Source: Patescibacteria group bacterium
GTDB lineage: Bacteria; Patescibacteriota; UBA1384; 2-12-FULL-50-11
Direction of reading: 5' to 3'
Length of the DNA stretch: 61,588 nucleotides
Assembly (NCBI GenBank): GCA_038058635.1
Contig: JBBUAP010000004.1
Coordinates: forward strand, 97,196-158,783
Numbering within the stretch: the stretch's first letter is position 1; each line of letters begins with the position of its first letter. The translations under genes and the position numbers were made by a program. The notes beneath the pieces were generated by a model. It was not told the DNA's origin and ran no database searches. It saw only the letters and a list, made by a program, of their open reading frames with translations. Positions 1 through 9,577 of this stretch are shown here, in pieces.

Positions 1-165
1 TAGCAGTATCACTCCTGGCGATTCGATCGTCGAACCGACCCAAGACCGACCGATTAAGTAGAGTAAGCAACCCAGCAAGAGCACCAAAAAGTAGTCTAGG
101 CCAGTAGCTTTTGAGAGCGACTGGCCAGCGCGAATCTGCCAGTAGCGAGCGGAACTCTTAAGCAT
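1..165 (-). CDS. ABC-2-type transporter permease, N-terminal fragment that runs off the window
   Basis: ATG at 165-163 overlaps the stop of the upstream ATPase gene by 8 nt. My own translation, MLKSSARYWQIRAGQSLSKATGLDYFLVLLLGCLLYLIG..., contains a TM helix. It is absent from the ORF track because it is truncated. Confidence 0.4.
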   Translation of the reverse strand, partial: MLKSSARYWQIRAGQSLSKATGLDYFLVLLLGCLLYLIGRSWVGSTIESPGVILL

Positions 166-880
166 GACCTAGGACCGTTTCCATGACGCCCTTCAGAGAG
201 CGAGTGTGGCTTTTGGTTTGGTTGATGAGTTGTTGTAGAGTGCCCTCAAGTATTTTTTGGCCTTGGTCGAGGACAATTATTTCGTCTGCCAAGCGTTCGG
301 CCAGTTCTAGATTGTTGGTTATCATTACGATCGAACTACCCTCGCGAGCATGGTCAAGCATTAGCTTCTCGACTAGTTCTTGGCCCACAAAGTCTAAGTA
401 TTGGGCTGGCTCGTCCAAAATAATGATTCTCGGACTGTGAATTAAAGCGGCAGCCAGACCTATTTTTTGACGGGTAGCGAGGCTGGCTAGCTCAATCACT
501 CCATAAAGATATGAACCAAGATCAAGCGCCGTTGCCAGTGACTCAATCATTCGGCTCCGGTCCTTTGGTGCTAGATGATAGAGCGAACCGATCAAATCTA
601 AGAGCTCAAAACCAGTTAAGAATTCTTCTAACTCAACGGGATTGGCTAAGTAGCCAGTTTGAATTTGTATTTTCTGCCTGTGGGTACGATGACGGTAGCT
701 ATTGGCCTGAATTTCGCCAGATATAATATGGCCCTTTCCGGCCAAAACTTCGCCCAAGAGATGTTTGCCAGAATCACTTCTACCAACCACCGCTAAAATT
801 TGACCGTTGGGGACTTCAAAGCTGATCCCACTAAGTGTTTCGTTAGGCGAGCGAGCACAGAGATCTTGGACTTTGAGCAT
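158..880 (-). CDS. ABC transporter ATP-binding protein with degenerate motifs
   Basis: Walker A-like GRSDSGKH, Walker B IIILDEP, signature-like LATRQ. I prefer the ATG at 880 (MLKVQDL) over the TTG at 913. Confidence 0.75.
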   Translation of the reverse strand: MLKVQDLCARSPNETLSGISFEVPNGQILAVVGRSDSGKHLLGEVLAGKGHIISGEIQANSYRHRTHRQKIQIQTGYLANPVELEEFLTGFELLDLIGSLYHLAPKDRSRMIESLATALDLGSYLYGVIELASLATRQKIGLAAALIHSPRIIILDEPAQYLDFVGQELVEKLMLDHAREGSSIVMITNNLELAERLADEIIVLDQGQKILEGTLQQLINQTKSHTRSLKGVMETVLGHA

Positions 881-1052
881 TAGACTTCTTTCATAACCAA
901 TTTTAGACGGCAAAAATGGGAGCTACATTTAGCGAAAGACAAGATCTCTTGAGGAGACATAGTCAAGACTATGGTGACGAACGAATCTTGGCTTGTAGCT
1001 AATATAGCCATTTTGGGCAGATCAATTTGGTTGTGAGAGGAGTCTGCACATC

Positions 1053-1553
1053 CTATCTAATGAGGTATTGTTTCGGATCGGCGTCGAGATCGGTAAATTT
1101 GTCCAGACATTCGATCAATTTAGCCGAGGTACTGCGACCGAACGACATTCCTTCCACTCGACAGCCCTTGTTTTCCTTGAGGTACGCCACCAGCGGCGTA
1201 AAATCGCCGTCGCCAGTGACTAGCACCACCACATCGAGACGATCGGCAATTTTGATGGCGTCAACGGCGATGCCGACATCCCAATCTCCTTTTTTGGCTC
1301 CGCCGGCGAAAATCTGAATATCTTTAGAATTCAGTTCAATCCCAAAATTGGCTAGCGCGTCGAAAAACCCCTGTTCCTTCGGAGCATCGGATTTAATGAC
1401 ATAGGCGATTATGCGGATTGGCTGGCGCTTGTCGATTGCCTTCTCGACGATTTTGCCAAAATTAACATAACTTTCGTACATTGCTCGGGCAGAGTAATAC
1501 AAATTCTGGACATCGACGAAAACGCCGACTCGTTGATTATCATAATTAATCAT
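1053..1553 (-). CDS. NYN/LabA-like domain protein
   Basis: RVGVFVDVQNLYYS ... VVLVTGDGDFTPLV is the typical NYN (PIN-like) pattern. Confidence 0.75.
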   Translation of the reverse strand: MINYDNQRVGVFVDVQNLYYSARAMYESYVNFGKIVEKAIDKRQPIRIIAYVIKSDAPKEQGFFDALANFGIELNSKDIQIFAGGAKKGDWDVGIAVDAIKIADRLDVVVLVTGDGDFTPLVAYLKENKGCRVEGMSFGRSTSAKLIECLDKFTDLDADPKQYLIR

Positions 1554-1590
1554 GTAAAAAGTTCCTTTCTATCAAATAGCATATCAGCTT

Positions 1591-2148
1591 TTACTTGACG
1601 CCGTAGAGTATCAAAATATCAAAAAGACCGGCTGTGACCACTTCTTTTAAACTGACCAAGCGATCCGGCATCGCTGACTGGATTTTTTCGGCGTCGGCCT
1701 GCATGCCGGCGCGGTAGCGGATGTAGGTGCGGTCGTAGTCGAACTGGGATTTTTCTAAATTTTCGACTTTGTAACCGAGGGCTTTAAGGTTGCCGACCAA
1801 GCTTTTGACGGCAGAAGACCCGGCACCAGAATCATAGATCTGGACTATCGGTGAGGTGCTTTGGGGTGAAAGAATGCTTTCCTCGGAAGTAACTGGAGTT
1901 GGGGTTGATGCCACGGGAGTCTGTTCGGTGAGCTCTGGAGTCTTTATGGAAGATACGGTAGGTGTAGACGCTATCACAAACTGCCAAATTCCAATGCTAG
2001 CGGCGATTAGCAGTAAGACCAGAACTGCCCACAACATTTTGTTTGAACTGTTCTGACGCCCTACTATCGGACTTTTTACGACCGGCTTCACTGGAGTCGA
2101 AGCGACCTGCTCGGCTCGTCTAACTCTAAAATCAAGGTCTCTGGCCAT
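1591..2148 (-). CDS. Membrane-anchored LytR_C domain protein
   Basis: One TM helix, a Thr/Pro/Ser linker, and a C-terminal IQIYDSGAGSSAVKSLVGNLKALGYKV... LytR_C-like domain. Confidence 0.55.
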   Translation of the reverse strand: MARDLDFRVRRAEQVASTPVKPVVKSPIVGRQNSSNKMLWAVLVLLLIAASIGIWQFVIASTPTVSSIKTPELTEQTPVASTPTPVTSEESILSPQSTSPIVQIYDSGAGSSAVKSLVGNLKALGYKVENLEKSQFDYDRTYIRYRAGMQADAEKIQSAMPDRLVSLKEVVTAGLFDILILYGVK

Positions 2149-2217
2149 GCAAATATCATAGTCGGCGGGATACGCCTCGTAAAGCTCACAAAAGACATTT
2201 TGTTCGCTATAACAGAT

Positions 2218-2472
2218 TTAAAGTTCTGGGATTGGTTGAAGGTCGGAGGGCAGCTCGGGCTGCTTAGTTTTGGTTGGAACAACATCTTTAACTAAACTGG
2301 TCTCGGCATTCTGATTAAAACGCAAAACGATTCTTCGGCGTCGTCGGTCAAATTCCATCGCTACCAACTCCCCTCTTTTGGCACCAATTTCAGTCAGCCA
2401 TTTCTTAGGTAAAAGCATCGCCAAAGAGTAGCGTCCGAACAGAAATAACTTTCGCGCACTCTTTTTGGCCAT
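2218..2472 (-). CDS. AbrB/SpoVT-like small DNA-binding protein
   Basis: SLAMLLPKKWLTEIGAKRGELVAMEFD resembles a swapped-hairpin AbrB/MazE fold. I prefer the internal ATG at 2472 (MAKKSARK) to the 113-aa track ORF. Confidence 0.4.
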   Translation of the reverse strand: MAKKSARKLFLFGRYSLAMLLPKKWLTEIGAKRGELVAMEFDRRRRRIVLRFNQNAETSLVKDVVPTKTKQPELPSDLQPIPEL

Positions 2473-2733
2473 AAACGACATATACCACAGATAAGTTAAA
2501 ACGCAAAAGTCAAAACTAAAACTCAATCCGCCAGTCGGAGGACAAAAGTTGAAACTCAAGGCGAGCCACTACTTTATAATCCGTTCGGTAGATGATAAGA
2601 TTTGGAGACTGTCAGTGGTGATAACCAACTATTGCTAGCCGCGGGGAGCCGTGCTGATAGTTGTTCGGGGTGAAACCCGGATAGGCGTCCGGAGTGGGTA
2701 AGAGCCTCATTTGGCATCGCCCACTCTACACTT

Positions 2734-3336
2734 TTAACTAAATTTCCTGATGACGCCCTTCACTTTGCCTTGGATGGTAACTTTTTTGACGCGAATGGGT
2801 TGGTATTTCTTGTTGGCCGGCTGGAGACGGATATGGTCTTTTTCGCGGTAAAATCGCTTGAGCGTAACATTATCTTTGTCGATGAGGGCCACGACAATAT
2901 CGCCATTTTTAGGATAGTTGCAAGGCTCGATAACGACATAGTCACCCTCAAGAATGCCGTCGTCGATCATCGAGTCCCCTTTTACTTTCAGGGCAAAGAC
3001 ATTTTTCGACATCATATCGCGCGGGATCTCCAGCGATTCGCTGGTTTTAATGGCTTCGATCGGCTTGCCGGCCTGAATAGCGCCAAAGAGCGGGATGTTG
3101 AAGCCCATGAAAGCGCTCGATTCGTCCACTTCAATCGGCTTCAGCGAGCGGTAACCGGTTTCGCCGGTTGCTAGATAGCCCTTAAGCTTTAGGTTGTCGA
3201 CGTGTTCGGCGACGGTTGCCACCGACGAAAAACCGAAGTGATCGGCAATTTCACGATAACTCGGGGCATAGCCGTTGACCTCTAGGTACTTATCGATGAA
3301 ATCTAAAATGTGTTTCTGTTTTGGTGTTAACATCAT
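2734..3336 (-). CDS. lexA: LexA repressor
   Basis: N-terminal wHTH (LTPKQKHILDFIDKYLEVNGYAPSYREIADHFG), an Ala-Gly-like cleavage region, and an S24 peptidase C-terminus (VKGDSMIDDGI ... TLKRF). I prefer the start at MMLTPKQ (3336). Confidence 0.9.
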   Translation of the reverse strand: MMLTPKQKHILDFIDKYLEVNGYAPSYREIADHFGFSSVATVAEHVDNLKLKGYLATGETGYRSLKPIEVDESSAFMGFNIPLFGAIQAGKPIEAIKTSESLEIPRDMMSKNVFALKVKGDSMIDDGILEGDYVVIEPCNYPKNGDIVVALIDKDNVTLKRFYREKDHIRLQPANKKYQPIRVKKVTIQGKVKGVIRKFS

Positions 3337-3372
3337 ATATTCACCGTACCGAACAAAAACCATAACTGTCAA
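3337..3372 (-). promoter_or_regulatory. lexA promoter with a candidate LexA operator in the spacer
   Basis: Minus strand reads TTGACA-GTTATGGTTTTTGTTCGG-TACGGT-GAATAT-ATG. The 12-mer GGTTTTTGTTCG is shared with the dinB-operon promoter at 5366-5401. Confidence 0.5.
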
Positions 3373-3478
3373 GAGCTGATCTTGCAGCAATACTACCCCT
3401 AAAAGAGCGGCATTTTTTACATCTCTGAACCTTATCGCACCCCGGGAGTGCAATAATGGTTGACGTATGTAATTTTTT

Positions 3479-3511
3479 AAAAAAATCCCCGCGGCGGGTG
3501 CCGGACGGGGA
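3479..3511 (-). terminator. Intrinsic terminator ending the dinB operon
   Basis: GC-rich hairpin tccccgcggc/gggt/gccg..cgggga at 3486-3511, followed on the minus strand by a T7 run (A-run 3479-3485 on +). Confidence 0.6.
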
Positions 3512-3574
3512 CGACTTCGATCTTGGGTGTCCCTTCACGTTGGTGGTTCTGGTGACGCGGAGATGACGATACCG

Positions 3575-3769
3575 TCACCTCGCCACTATGACAGGTAGGT
3601 CATCAATGTATATCCAGATAAGTGTTGCGCCGATTATGGCCATCACGATTCCAGCAGTCCACAGTCCAGGTCCATTCTTCCTTGTGTCATATGGTCCATG
3701 TTGGGCAATGCTTAGAAAGACAAATAGTGCCAACGCCATCAAAATTGATCCAACGATGAATCCGATCAT
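3575..3769 (-). CDS. Small two-TM membrane protein
   Basis: 64 aa with two hydrophobic helices; last gene before the terminator. Confidence 0.4.
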   Translation of the reverse strand: MIGFIVGSILMALALFVFLSIAQHGPYDTRKNGPGLWTAGIVMAIIGATLIWIYIDDLPVIVAR

Positions 3770-3845
3770 GTTTTCACCTCTTGCGTCCGTGACGAATCAC
3801 GGTATGAGGTCATTTTAGGTTTTTGTGTTCGAAAAATCAATAGTT

Positions 3846-5105
3846 TCAGACCCGCTTCGTGAAGGGGTTAATGTTGGTTATCTCAGGAATGAACTTGCGT
3901 TTATCCCGGCCGTCGGGCAGGTTGAAGATGCGTTGACGGATTTTGTGCAGGATACCGCGGTGGACCGTCCATTCGCCCCAGCGATTATTGATTTTATCGA
4001 CGGCGTGGGTTAATTGTTCGTTAGCCCTACTGCCCTCAAATAATGGCGCTGTGGCTTCGTATTCGCTGGCTAGATCGCTAACTGTAATTCCGACCTGGCG
4101 AACGGGTTTTAATGACGAGGCGCCGTTTAACAGTCGTTCTCCGGCTCGGTAGATCTGGTAACCATCAAGCAGGTACTCTTTTTGGGTGTGACGCTCACAC
4201 CAACCAGAGCCGTCTTCAAAGCGCAGATAGGCCAGAACGGTTGTGCCAACCAGGTGCTTGCCCCGTAAACGGACGCCAACCCGCTCGGATAGCAGTAGTA
4301 AAACCTTCTTAACATCAGCCATATTGCTGATGTTGTGTGGCAGGGTGTAGGAGTGGCCGATCGATTTTTCTTGCGGTAAGGATCGCCAGGAATGGATGAT
4401 GTTCGAATCCTGACCGTTGCCAATTTGGTGCAACCACGAGCCGGTGTGGTCGCCAAAAACCGCTACCAACATATCTTTGGGCATCCGGCCCAGTTCGGCG
4501 ATAGTGGCAATACCCATACGGTTCAGGCGTGGCCGAAGACGAAAACCGACACCGCACAATTCTTCGATTGGCGTAACGGCAGCGATTCGCGGGAAGTCTT
4601 CTGGCCGGATAACCGTCAGGCCGTCGGGTTTTTGCATCTCACTGGCTAATTTGGCCAGGGTCTTGCCGTACGAGATGCCGATCGAAACGCTGACCCACTC
4701 CCCTATCTCTTGGCGAATCAGGGCTTTAATCCGCTTGGCGATGATGCGAGCATCGTCCCAGCCGATATCCGAATCAAGCTCCAGAAAGGCCTCATCAATC
4801 GAGAAAACATCGACCTTCGGGCCGAAGCGTTCCATTAAGTCAAAAATTCGTTTCGAGGTGAAGCTGTAGCGATCGTAGGTGGCGGGGATGATAATTAACT
4901 GCGGGCAAAGCCGTAAGGCCTCCCAGACGGCCATGCCAGACTTAACACCGAATGTTTTGGCCTCAATTGAAGCGGCGCAGACGACCGTTCGTTCTCCTTT
5001 CCCTTTTCCCGCCACACCGATCGGCTTGCCGCGCAAATTAGGGTGGGCTTGCTGTTCGAGAGTGGCAAAATACGAGTTAACGTCGAGATGTAGAATCTTT
5101 TTCAT
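3846..5105 (-). CDS. dinB: Y-family DNA polymerase IV
   Basis: MKKILHLDVNSYFATLEQ ... SIDEAFLEL shows the Y-family catalytic motifs. The ATG at 5105 forms an ATGA overlap with the stop of the upstream 87-aa ORF. Confidence 0.85.
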   Translation of the reverse strand: MKKILHLDVNSYFATLEQQAHPNLRGKPIGVAGKGKGERTVVCAASIEAKTFGVKSGMAVWEALRLCPQLIIIPATYDRYSFTSKRIFDLMERFGPKVDVFSIDEAFLELDSDIGWDDARIIAKRIKALIRQEIGEWVSVSIGISYGKTLAKLASEMQKPDGLTVIRPEDFPRIAAVTPIEELCGVGFRLRPRLNRMGIATIAELGRMPKDMLVAVFGDHTGSWLHQIGNGQDSNIIHSWRSLPQEKSIGHSYTLPHNISNMADVKKVLLLLSERVGVRLRGKHLVGTTVLAYLRFEDGSGWCERHTQKEYLLDGYQIYRAGERLLNGASSLKPVRQVGITVSDLASEYEATAPLFEGSRANEQLTHAVDKINNRWGEWTVHRGILHKIRQRIFNLPDGRDKRKFIPEITNINPFTKRV

Positions 5106-5365
5106 AGAGCCAGCACGTCTTTCAACTGCCATTCGAGCGTGGTTGGGTCGAAGGTGAGTTGATAGGTATTGCCGAGAGCAGAAACAGCGAAGTTATAAAT
5201 CTGACGGTCGGCATCGCGTTCAATATGAAACAAGTTCATCGAGTCGACTTTATAGGTCCGCCCGCGCCAGCTAAAAAAGTGAATTGTAATCTTAAAACCT
5301 GCGAAACTAGCCAGCACCTTGACCCGCTCTCCTACTTCTTGAACCGTTTCTCGTACTTCCCCCAT
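5102..5365 (-). CDS. Hypothetical 87-aa protein, first gene of the dinB operon
   Basis: Translationally coupled to dinB through an ATGA overlap, and sits behind the SOS-like promoter. I recognise no family. Confidence 0.5.
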   Translation of the reverse strand: MGEVRETVQEVGERVKVLASFAGFKITIHFFSWRGRTYKVDSMNLFHIERDADRQIYNFAVSALGNTYQLTFDPTTLEWQLKDVLAL

Positions 5366-5401
5366 AGTTTTATACTAGCGAACAAAAACCGAACGAGTCA
5401 A
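5366..5401 (-). promoter_or_regulatory. dinB-operon promoter with a candidate LexA operator (GTTC-N7-GTTC)
   Basis: Minus strand reads TTGACT-CGTTCGGTTTTTGTTCGC-TAGTAT-AAAACT-ATG. The geometry is the same as the lexA promoter. Confidence 0.5.
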
Positions 5402-5484
5402 TAGACATTAGTAACTCACCGCTATCAAGCGGACTAGCTTTTCTCGCCACAATCGAATAAAATATCACCACCATTAAGGAGAAG

Positions 5485-5712
5485 GTGAATGATATGGCGA
5501 ACATGAAAGAACACCTAACAAAGCGGGAACAGCAAGTCCTGGAACTGGTTGCAATAGGGTACAGCAATAAGGAGGTGGGAGAGCAGCTTTATATTTCGCA
5601 TCTAACGGTCAAAACCCACCTGACCAGGATCTTCGACAGGCTCCAGGTCAACAATAGGATCCAAGCTGTTCGAAAAGCAATGCGATTAGGTCTAGTTCCG
5701 TTTCCGAACTAG
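5485..5712 (+). CDS. LuxR/GerE-type HTH protein (solo)
   Basis: TKREQQVLELVAIGYSNKEVGEQLYISHLTVKTHLTRIFDRLQV. The start is ambiguous: GTG 5485, ATG 5494 or ATG 5503. Confidence 0.7.
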   Translation: MNDMANMKEHLTKREQQVLELVAIGYSNKEVGEQLYISHLTVKTHLTRIFDRLQVNNRIQAVRKAMRLGLVPFPN

Positions 5713-5858
5713 ACCGACTCAACTGGGTTACGCGAAAGCGCGACCCAGCTTTTTAAATACTGACTCGCTTGTTGACGCTACGGTACAATTTTGATAGACT
5801 GGATATTCGACTGCGGTTAATTCTCGGGGTCGAAGTACTACGGAGGGATAGTTTTGGT

Positions 5859-6161
5859 ATGGGAGTAAGAGAAAGCGATCTGCCTCAAACTTTTTCGCAA
5901 GCGGTTAAGAAGAGGGCTGCCACAAGCAGTGTTCGTCTGACTAGACGAGAGATTGAGGTTCTGGGGCTGAAAGCAATAGGCCACAGCAGTAAGGATGCGG
6001 CCGAAGTCTTGGTTGTCTCGAAGCGAACCGTGGATTTCCATCTGGGGAATGCCTACGACAAGCTTCAGGTCAACAATCTGGTTCAGGCCTGTCGCGCGGC
6101 GACGCGCTTGGGTTTGATTTGTTTCGAGCCAACATTTGGCCGCGCCCGGGGCGAAGCCTAG
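5859..6161 (+). CDS. LuxR/GerE-type HTH protein (solo)
   Basis: LTRREIEVLGLKAIGHSSKDAAEVLVVSKRTVDFHLGNAYDKLQV. I prefer the ATG at 5859, preceded by GGAGGG, over the TTG at 5769. Confidence 0.65.
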   Translation: MGVRESDLPQTFSQAVKKRAATSSVRLTRREIEVLGLKAIGHSSKDAAEVLVVSKRTVDFHLGNAYDKLQVNNLVQACRAATRLGLICFEPTFGRARGEA

Positions 6162-6185
6162 GGCAGAAGGCAACTCAACCACGAA

Positions 6186-6217
6186 GGCCACCTCAACGAC
6201 GAGGTGGCCATTTTTGT
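6186..6217 (+). terminator. Intrinsic terminator after the LuxR pair
   Basis: ggccacctc-aacgac-gaggtggcc hairpin followed by atttttgt. Confidence 0.7.
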
Positions 6218-6360
6218 ATGGTATTTGTGGGGAAAACTATGTGGAAAAGTGGAAAACCGAACAAATGGTGTATTGATAATTACAAAATTGCATAAAATCA
6301 AAACCACCTCCCGCAAGCCCAAACTTACATCCCGGGGGTGTAATCTGGTTGCTGATGTAA

Positions 6361-6405
6361 AATTATAAAGAAAGGCCCCGCTGGCACGAATGCTAGCGGG
6401 GCCTT
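6361..6405 (-). terminator. Intrinsic terminator after the 6412-6822 gene
   Basis: 11-bp stem aaggccccgct / agcggggcctt (6372-6382 / 6395-6405), followed on the minus strand by tttctttataatttt. Confidence 0.65.
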
Positions 6406-6411
6406 GGAAAC

Positions 6412-6822
6412 CTAGCGATGGAGCTTGGGAAGCCGAAGGTCTGCGAGGTAGGCCTTCGTCTTCTCTCCGAGCCGATCGAAGATGTCGATGGGAGCGTCCC
6501 CTTCGAAATCTTCGAGCTGGGACTCTCGCCGCCGCCGGGTGGTCAAGAAATGGCCAGCAATGGCCGCCGCGATCGCGATTGCTCCGAAGAAAACCAAGTC
6601 CTCGCCGTAAGTCTGCGTGACCCAACCGGGAACAGTTTCCCCGCCAAGTTGCCGGTCGAGTTCCGTCTGCGCCTCAAGCGCAGACACTTTACCGAATAGC
6701 TGGAAGCCGTATCCCACAAGGATACTCGCAAAACCTAAGCAAAAGACGAACTTGAATGTCTTCAGCCACAAGGCTTCGACGATCGACTTGAGCCAAAATA
6801 CGATTTTGAATGTCCGTTTCAT
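6412..6822 (-). CDS. Hypothetical membrane protein
   Basis: 136 aa with at least two hydrophobic segments. It is bracketed by a terminator, while the competing ORFs here are Arg-rich antisense artefacts. Confidence 0.45.
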   Translation of the reverse strand: MKRTFKIVFWLKSIVEALWLKTFKFVFCLGFASILVGYGFQLFGKVSALEAQTELDRQLGGETVPGWVTQTYGEDLVFFGAIAIAAAIAGHFLTTRRRRESQLEDFEGDAPIDIFDRLGEKTKAYLADLRLPKLHR

Positions 6823-6958
6823 TTCTGTTCACACCTCCTGTGTAACGGATAAACTCTACCATAAAAGTAGGTAAAAGTCAACCCCAAATAAGGCTAAAAG
6901 CAACTGGCAGCCTGGCATCTAGCTAGGAGCCAGAAGCTAGGAGCTAAGAGCGAAGCGA

Positions 6959-9481
6959 CTACTTAACCAATGCCAGTTTCTCGCCTTTGCGCAGAACGCG
7001 GATTGGGGCTAACTTGTTCAGCTTGCCGGTCAAGAGCAGCTGCGAGAGCGGATCTTCGATGTATTCAGTAATAACTCGACGAACTGGTCGAGCGCCGAAC
7101 TCTGGGTCGAAGCCCTTTTCGGCCAAGAACTCTTTGGCTTTTTCTTCGATTTGAATTTCGATGCCTTCAGGTAAGAGCCGACGAGTTAGTCGGTCAATCT
7201 GTAACTGGACAATCTGCTTGACCTCGTCTTTATTCAGCGGTTTGAAAACAATCGCTTTGTCGAGCCGGTTTATAAACTCCGGTCGGAAATTGTCTTTGAG
7301 TTGAGCTAAAACTTGGGTTTTGATCTCTTCGTAGCGATTTTCAGCCAAAGAAGCGTCTTTTACCTTGAACCCGATCGCTTGCTGACGGTTCATTTCGCTC
7401 AAACCGATATTAGAAGTCATTATTAAGATAGTATTGCGAAAGTTAACGACTCGCCCCTTAGCATCAGTCAGCTGGCCGTCTTCCATAATCTGCAAGAGCA
7501 TATTGAAGACATCGGGGTGGGCTTTTTCGATCTCGTCGAGCAAGACAACCGAATAGGGTTGACGACGAACCGTTTCGGTCAGCTTGCCAGCTTCGTCGTA
7601 GCCAACATAACCCGGAGGCGCTCCGACTAAGCGCGAGACATTGTGGCGCTCCATAAACTCGCTCATATCAACTTTAATTAGCGCCTCGTCCCGGCCAAAA
7701 ACTTCTCGGGCCAAAACTCGAGCGAGCTCTGTCTTACCCACCCCGGTTGGCCCAAGGAAAATAAACGAGCCAAGCGGCCGGTTCGGGTCTGACACTCCGG
7801 CGCTAGAACGACGAATCGCCCCAGAAATGGCGCCGATGGCTTCTTCCTGGCCGACGATATGTTTTTTTAGTACACCTTCCAAGTTCACTAATCGAACTTG
7901 TTGGGTCTTGGCCAGCGCCGTCACCGGCACGCCAGTCCACATTGAGACAACTTTGGCGACATCCTCTCGAGTAATAGAACGGGTTACCGTTCTTTTGGGT
8001 AGTTTAAGTTTAAGCTTCTCGATCTCGTCGAGATAGCGGTACTCCAAAACCCGCCAGCTGGCAGCTTTCTCGTAATCATAAGACTCGGCGGCTTTGGTGT
8101 GTTCTCGATGGGCATCAGAGCGCTTACGCTCCAAATCGGTCATTTTGGTGGATATTTTGATCTGCCCCACTTCCAACTGGGTGGCCGCGGCCGCTTCGTC
8201 GATCAGATCGATGGCTTTGTCAGGCAAGAATCGGTCGCTGATATAACGCTTCGACAAGTCAACGGCGGCTTGAATGGCCTCGTCTTCAATCACCACGCTA
8301 TGATGTTTCTCATAGGCCTTCTTGAGGCCATGAAGAATTTTGACCGAATCCTCGCTTGACGGTTCACCGACATTAATTCTCTGCAGTCGTCGCTCCAGAG
8401 CTGGGTCTTTCTCGATGTGTTTACGGAATTCGTCGTTGGTAGTGGCGCCGATCAGTCGCAACTGCCCCTTCGAGAGAACTGGTTTAAGAATGTGACTTAA
8501 ATCAACCGAACCTTCGGCTGAACCGGCCCCGACGATGGTGTGAAGTTCGTCAATGAATAAGATAATGTTGCCGGCTTTGAGGATTTCGTCGACTAATTTC
8601 TTGGCTCGTTCTTCGAACTGGCCGCGATAAGTCGTGCCGGAAATAAGCAAGGCCAAATCGAGACTAACAATTCTTTTGTCGGCTAATTGAGCCGGAACAT
8701 CTCCGCTGGCAATCTTGGTCGCCAAGCCCTCTACAATCGCTGTCTTACCAACGCCTGGTTCGCCGGTTAGGACGGGGTTATTCTTGACGCGACGGACCAA
8801 AATCTGGCTCATCCGTTGAATCTCTTGTTCACGGCCAATAACGGGGTCGAGTTTTCCGGCCTTGGCCTCCTTGGTCAGGTCATTAGTAAAGTAATCGAGA
8901 GCCGATTTGGATCGACTGGGAGTTCTCGGGCGCCGTTCCGTAAATTGGGCAAATTGCTCGTCGAGATCTTCCATCACGGCTTCTGGGATGGCGTCAGACA
9001 TTTCAACTTCGCCCTCCGGCATACGCTTAAGAGCTTCACCGACGTAGCCAAAGTGATTTTCGAGCTGATCTTTGAGCAGTTTTGGCTCAACCGACAACCC
9101 CGAGAGAATCTTGTAGGCGTTAGTTTCTTTATTGACAGCGATGGCCAGTAGTAAATGCTCGGAATCAACCGTTGGGGTCTGATAAGCGACCGCTCGTTGG
9201 GTAGCGGTTTTGAGTAAACGCTTAAAATCAGCCGAGATCGTATCGGAAGTTTTTAGCTTGAAATCGGGGTTCTGAAGCAGGTAAACAATGCGCTGTGGCG
9301 TTACCATCAGCTCCCGCAACATCTCATAGGCAATCGTCCCCTGGTTTGAAGCCAGGGACACCAGTAGATGCTGGGTGTCGATGCCAGTATCCATCGCGCG
9401 AGCGATCTGCTCGCAATCAAGAACGATCTTCTGGGCAGTCTCGCTTAAACGATTTTTAAGATTGTCGTAATCTTCTTGCAT
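6959..9481 (-). CDS. clpC: ATP-dependent Clp protease ATP-binding subunit ClpC
   Basis: Two Clp_N repeats, two AAA+ modules (GEPGVGKTA; GPTGVGKTE) and a short middle domain. Confidence 0.9.
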   Translation of the reverse strand: MQEDYDNLKNRLSETAQKIVLDCEQIARAMDTGIDTQHLLVSLASNQGTIAYEMLRELMVTPQRIVYLLQNPDFKLKTSDTISADFKRLLKTATQRAVAYQTPTVDSEHLLLAIAVNKETNAYKILSGLSVEPKLLKDQLENHFGYVGEALKRMPEGEVEMSDAIPEAVMEDLDEQFAQFTERRPRTPSRSKSALDYFTNDLTKEAKAGKLDPVIGREQEIQRMSQILVRRVKNNPVLTGEPGVGKTAIVEGLATKIASGDVPAQLADKRIVSLDLALLISGTTYRGQFEERAKKLVDEILKAGNIILFIDELHTIVGAGSAEGSVDLSHILKPVLSKGQLRLIGATTNDEFRKHIEKDPALERRLQRINVGEPSSEDSVKILHGLKKAYEKHHSVVIEDEAIQAAVDLSKRYISDRFLPDKAIDLIDEAAAATQLEVGQIKISTKMTDLERKRSDAHREHTKAAESYDYEKAASWRVLEYRYLDEIEKLKLKLPKRTVTRSITREDVAKVVSMWTGVPVTALAKTQQVRLVNLEGVLKKHIVGQEEAIGAISGAIRRSSAGVSDPNRPLGSFIFLGPTGVGKTELARVLAREVFGRDEALIKVDMSEFMERHNVSRLVGAPPGYVGYDEAGKLTETVRRQPYSVVLLDEIEKAHPDVFNMLLQIMEDGQLTDAKGRVVNFRNTILIMTSNIGLSEMNRQQAIGFKVKDASLAENRYEEIKTQVLAQLKDNFRPEFINRLDKAIVFKPLNKDEVKQIVQLQIDRLTRRLLPEGIEIQIEEKAKEFLAEKGFDPEFGARPVRRVITEYIEDPLSQLLLTGKLNKLAPIRVLRKGEKLALVK

Positions 9482-9577
9482 GGGAGTATTGTACCAGAGT
9501 CAAGCCTGACCGATAGAGTCAAAATGACAAAAAACTAACCAGCATCTAGCAACTAGCTCTATCTTAGGCTTTATAAA

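Noticed and set aside
158-913. The degenerate ABC ATPase as a pseudogene
   Set aside because: The Walker A (GK-H) and signature (LATRQ) motifs deviate from consensus, but the ORF is intact and translationally coupled to a permease gene. Degenerate-site ABC ATPases do exist, so there is no basis for a pseudogene call.
2473-2559. Upstream extension of the AbrB-like ORF (MSFNFCPPTGGLSFSFDF...)
   Set aside because: The extension is Cys/Phe-rich and implausible. The conserved-looking domain begins at the internal ATG 2472.
6158-6625. 155-aa minus-strand ORF, with the 6390-6620 and 6418-6699 plus-strand ORFs
   Set aside because: These are Arg/Pro/Ser-rich translations with no domain signal. They span two intrinsic terminators and overlap the better-supported membrane-protein ORF, so they are probably frame artefacts of a GC-rich patch.
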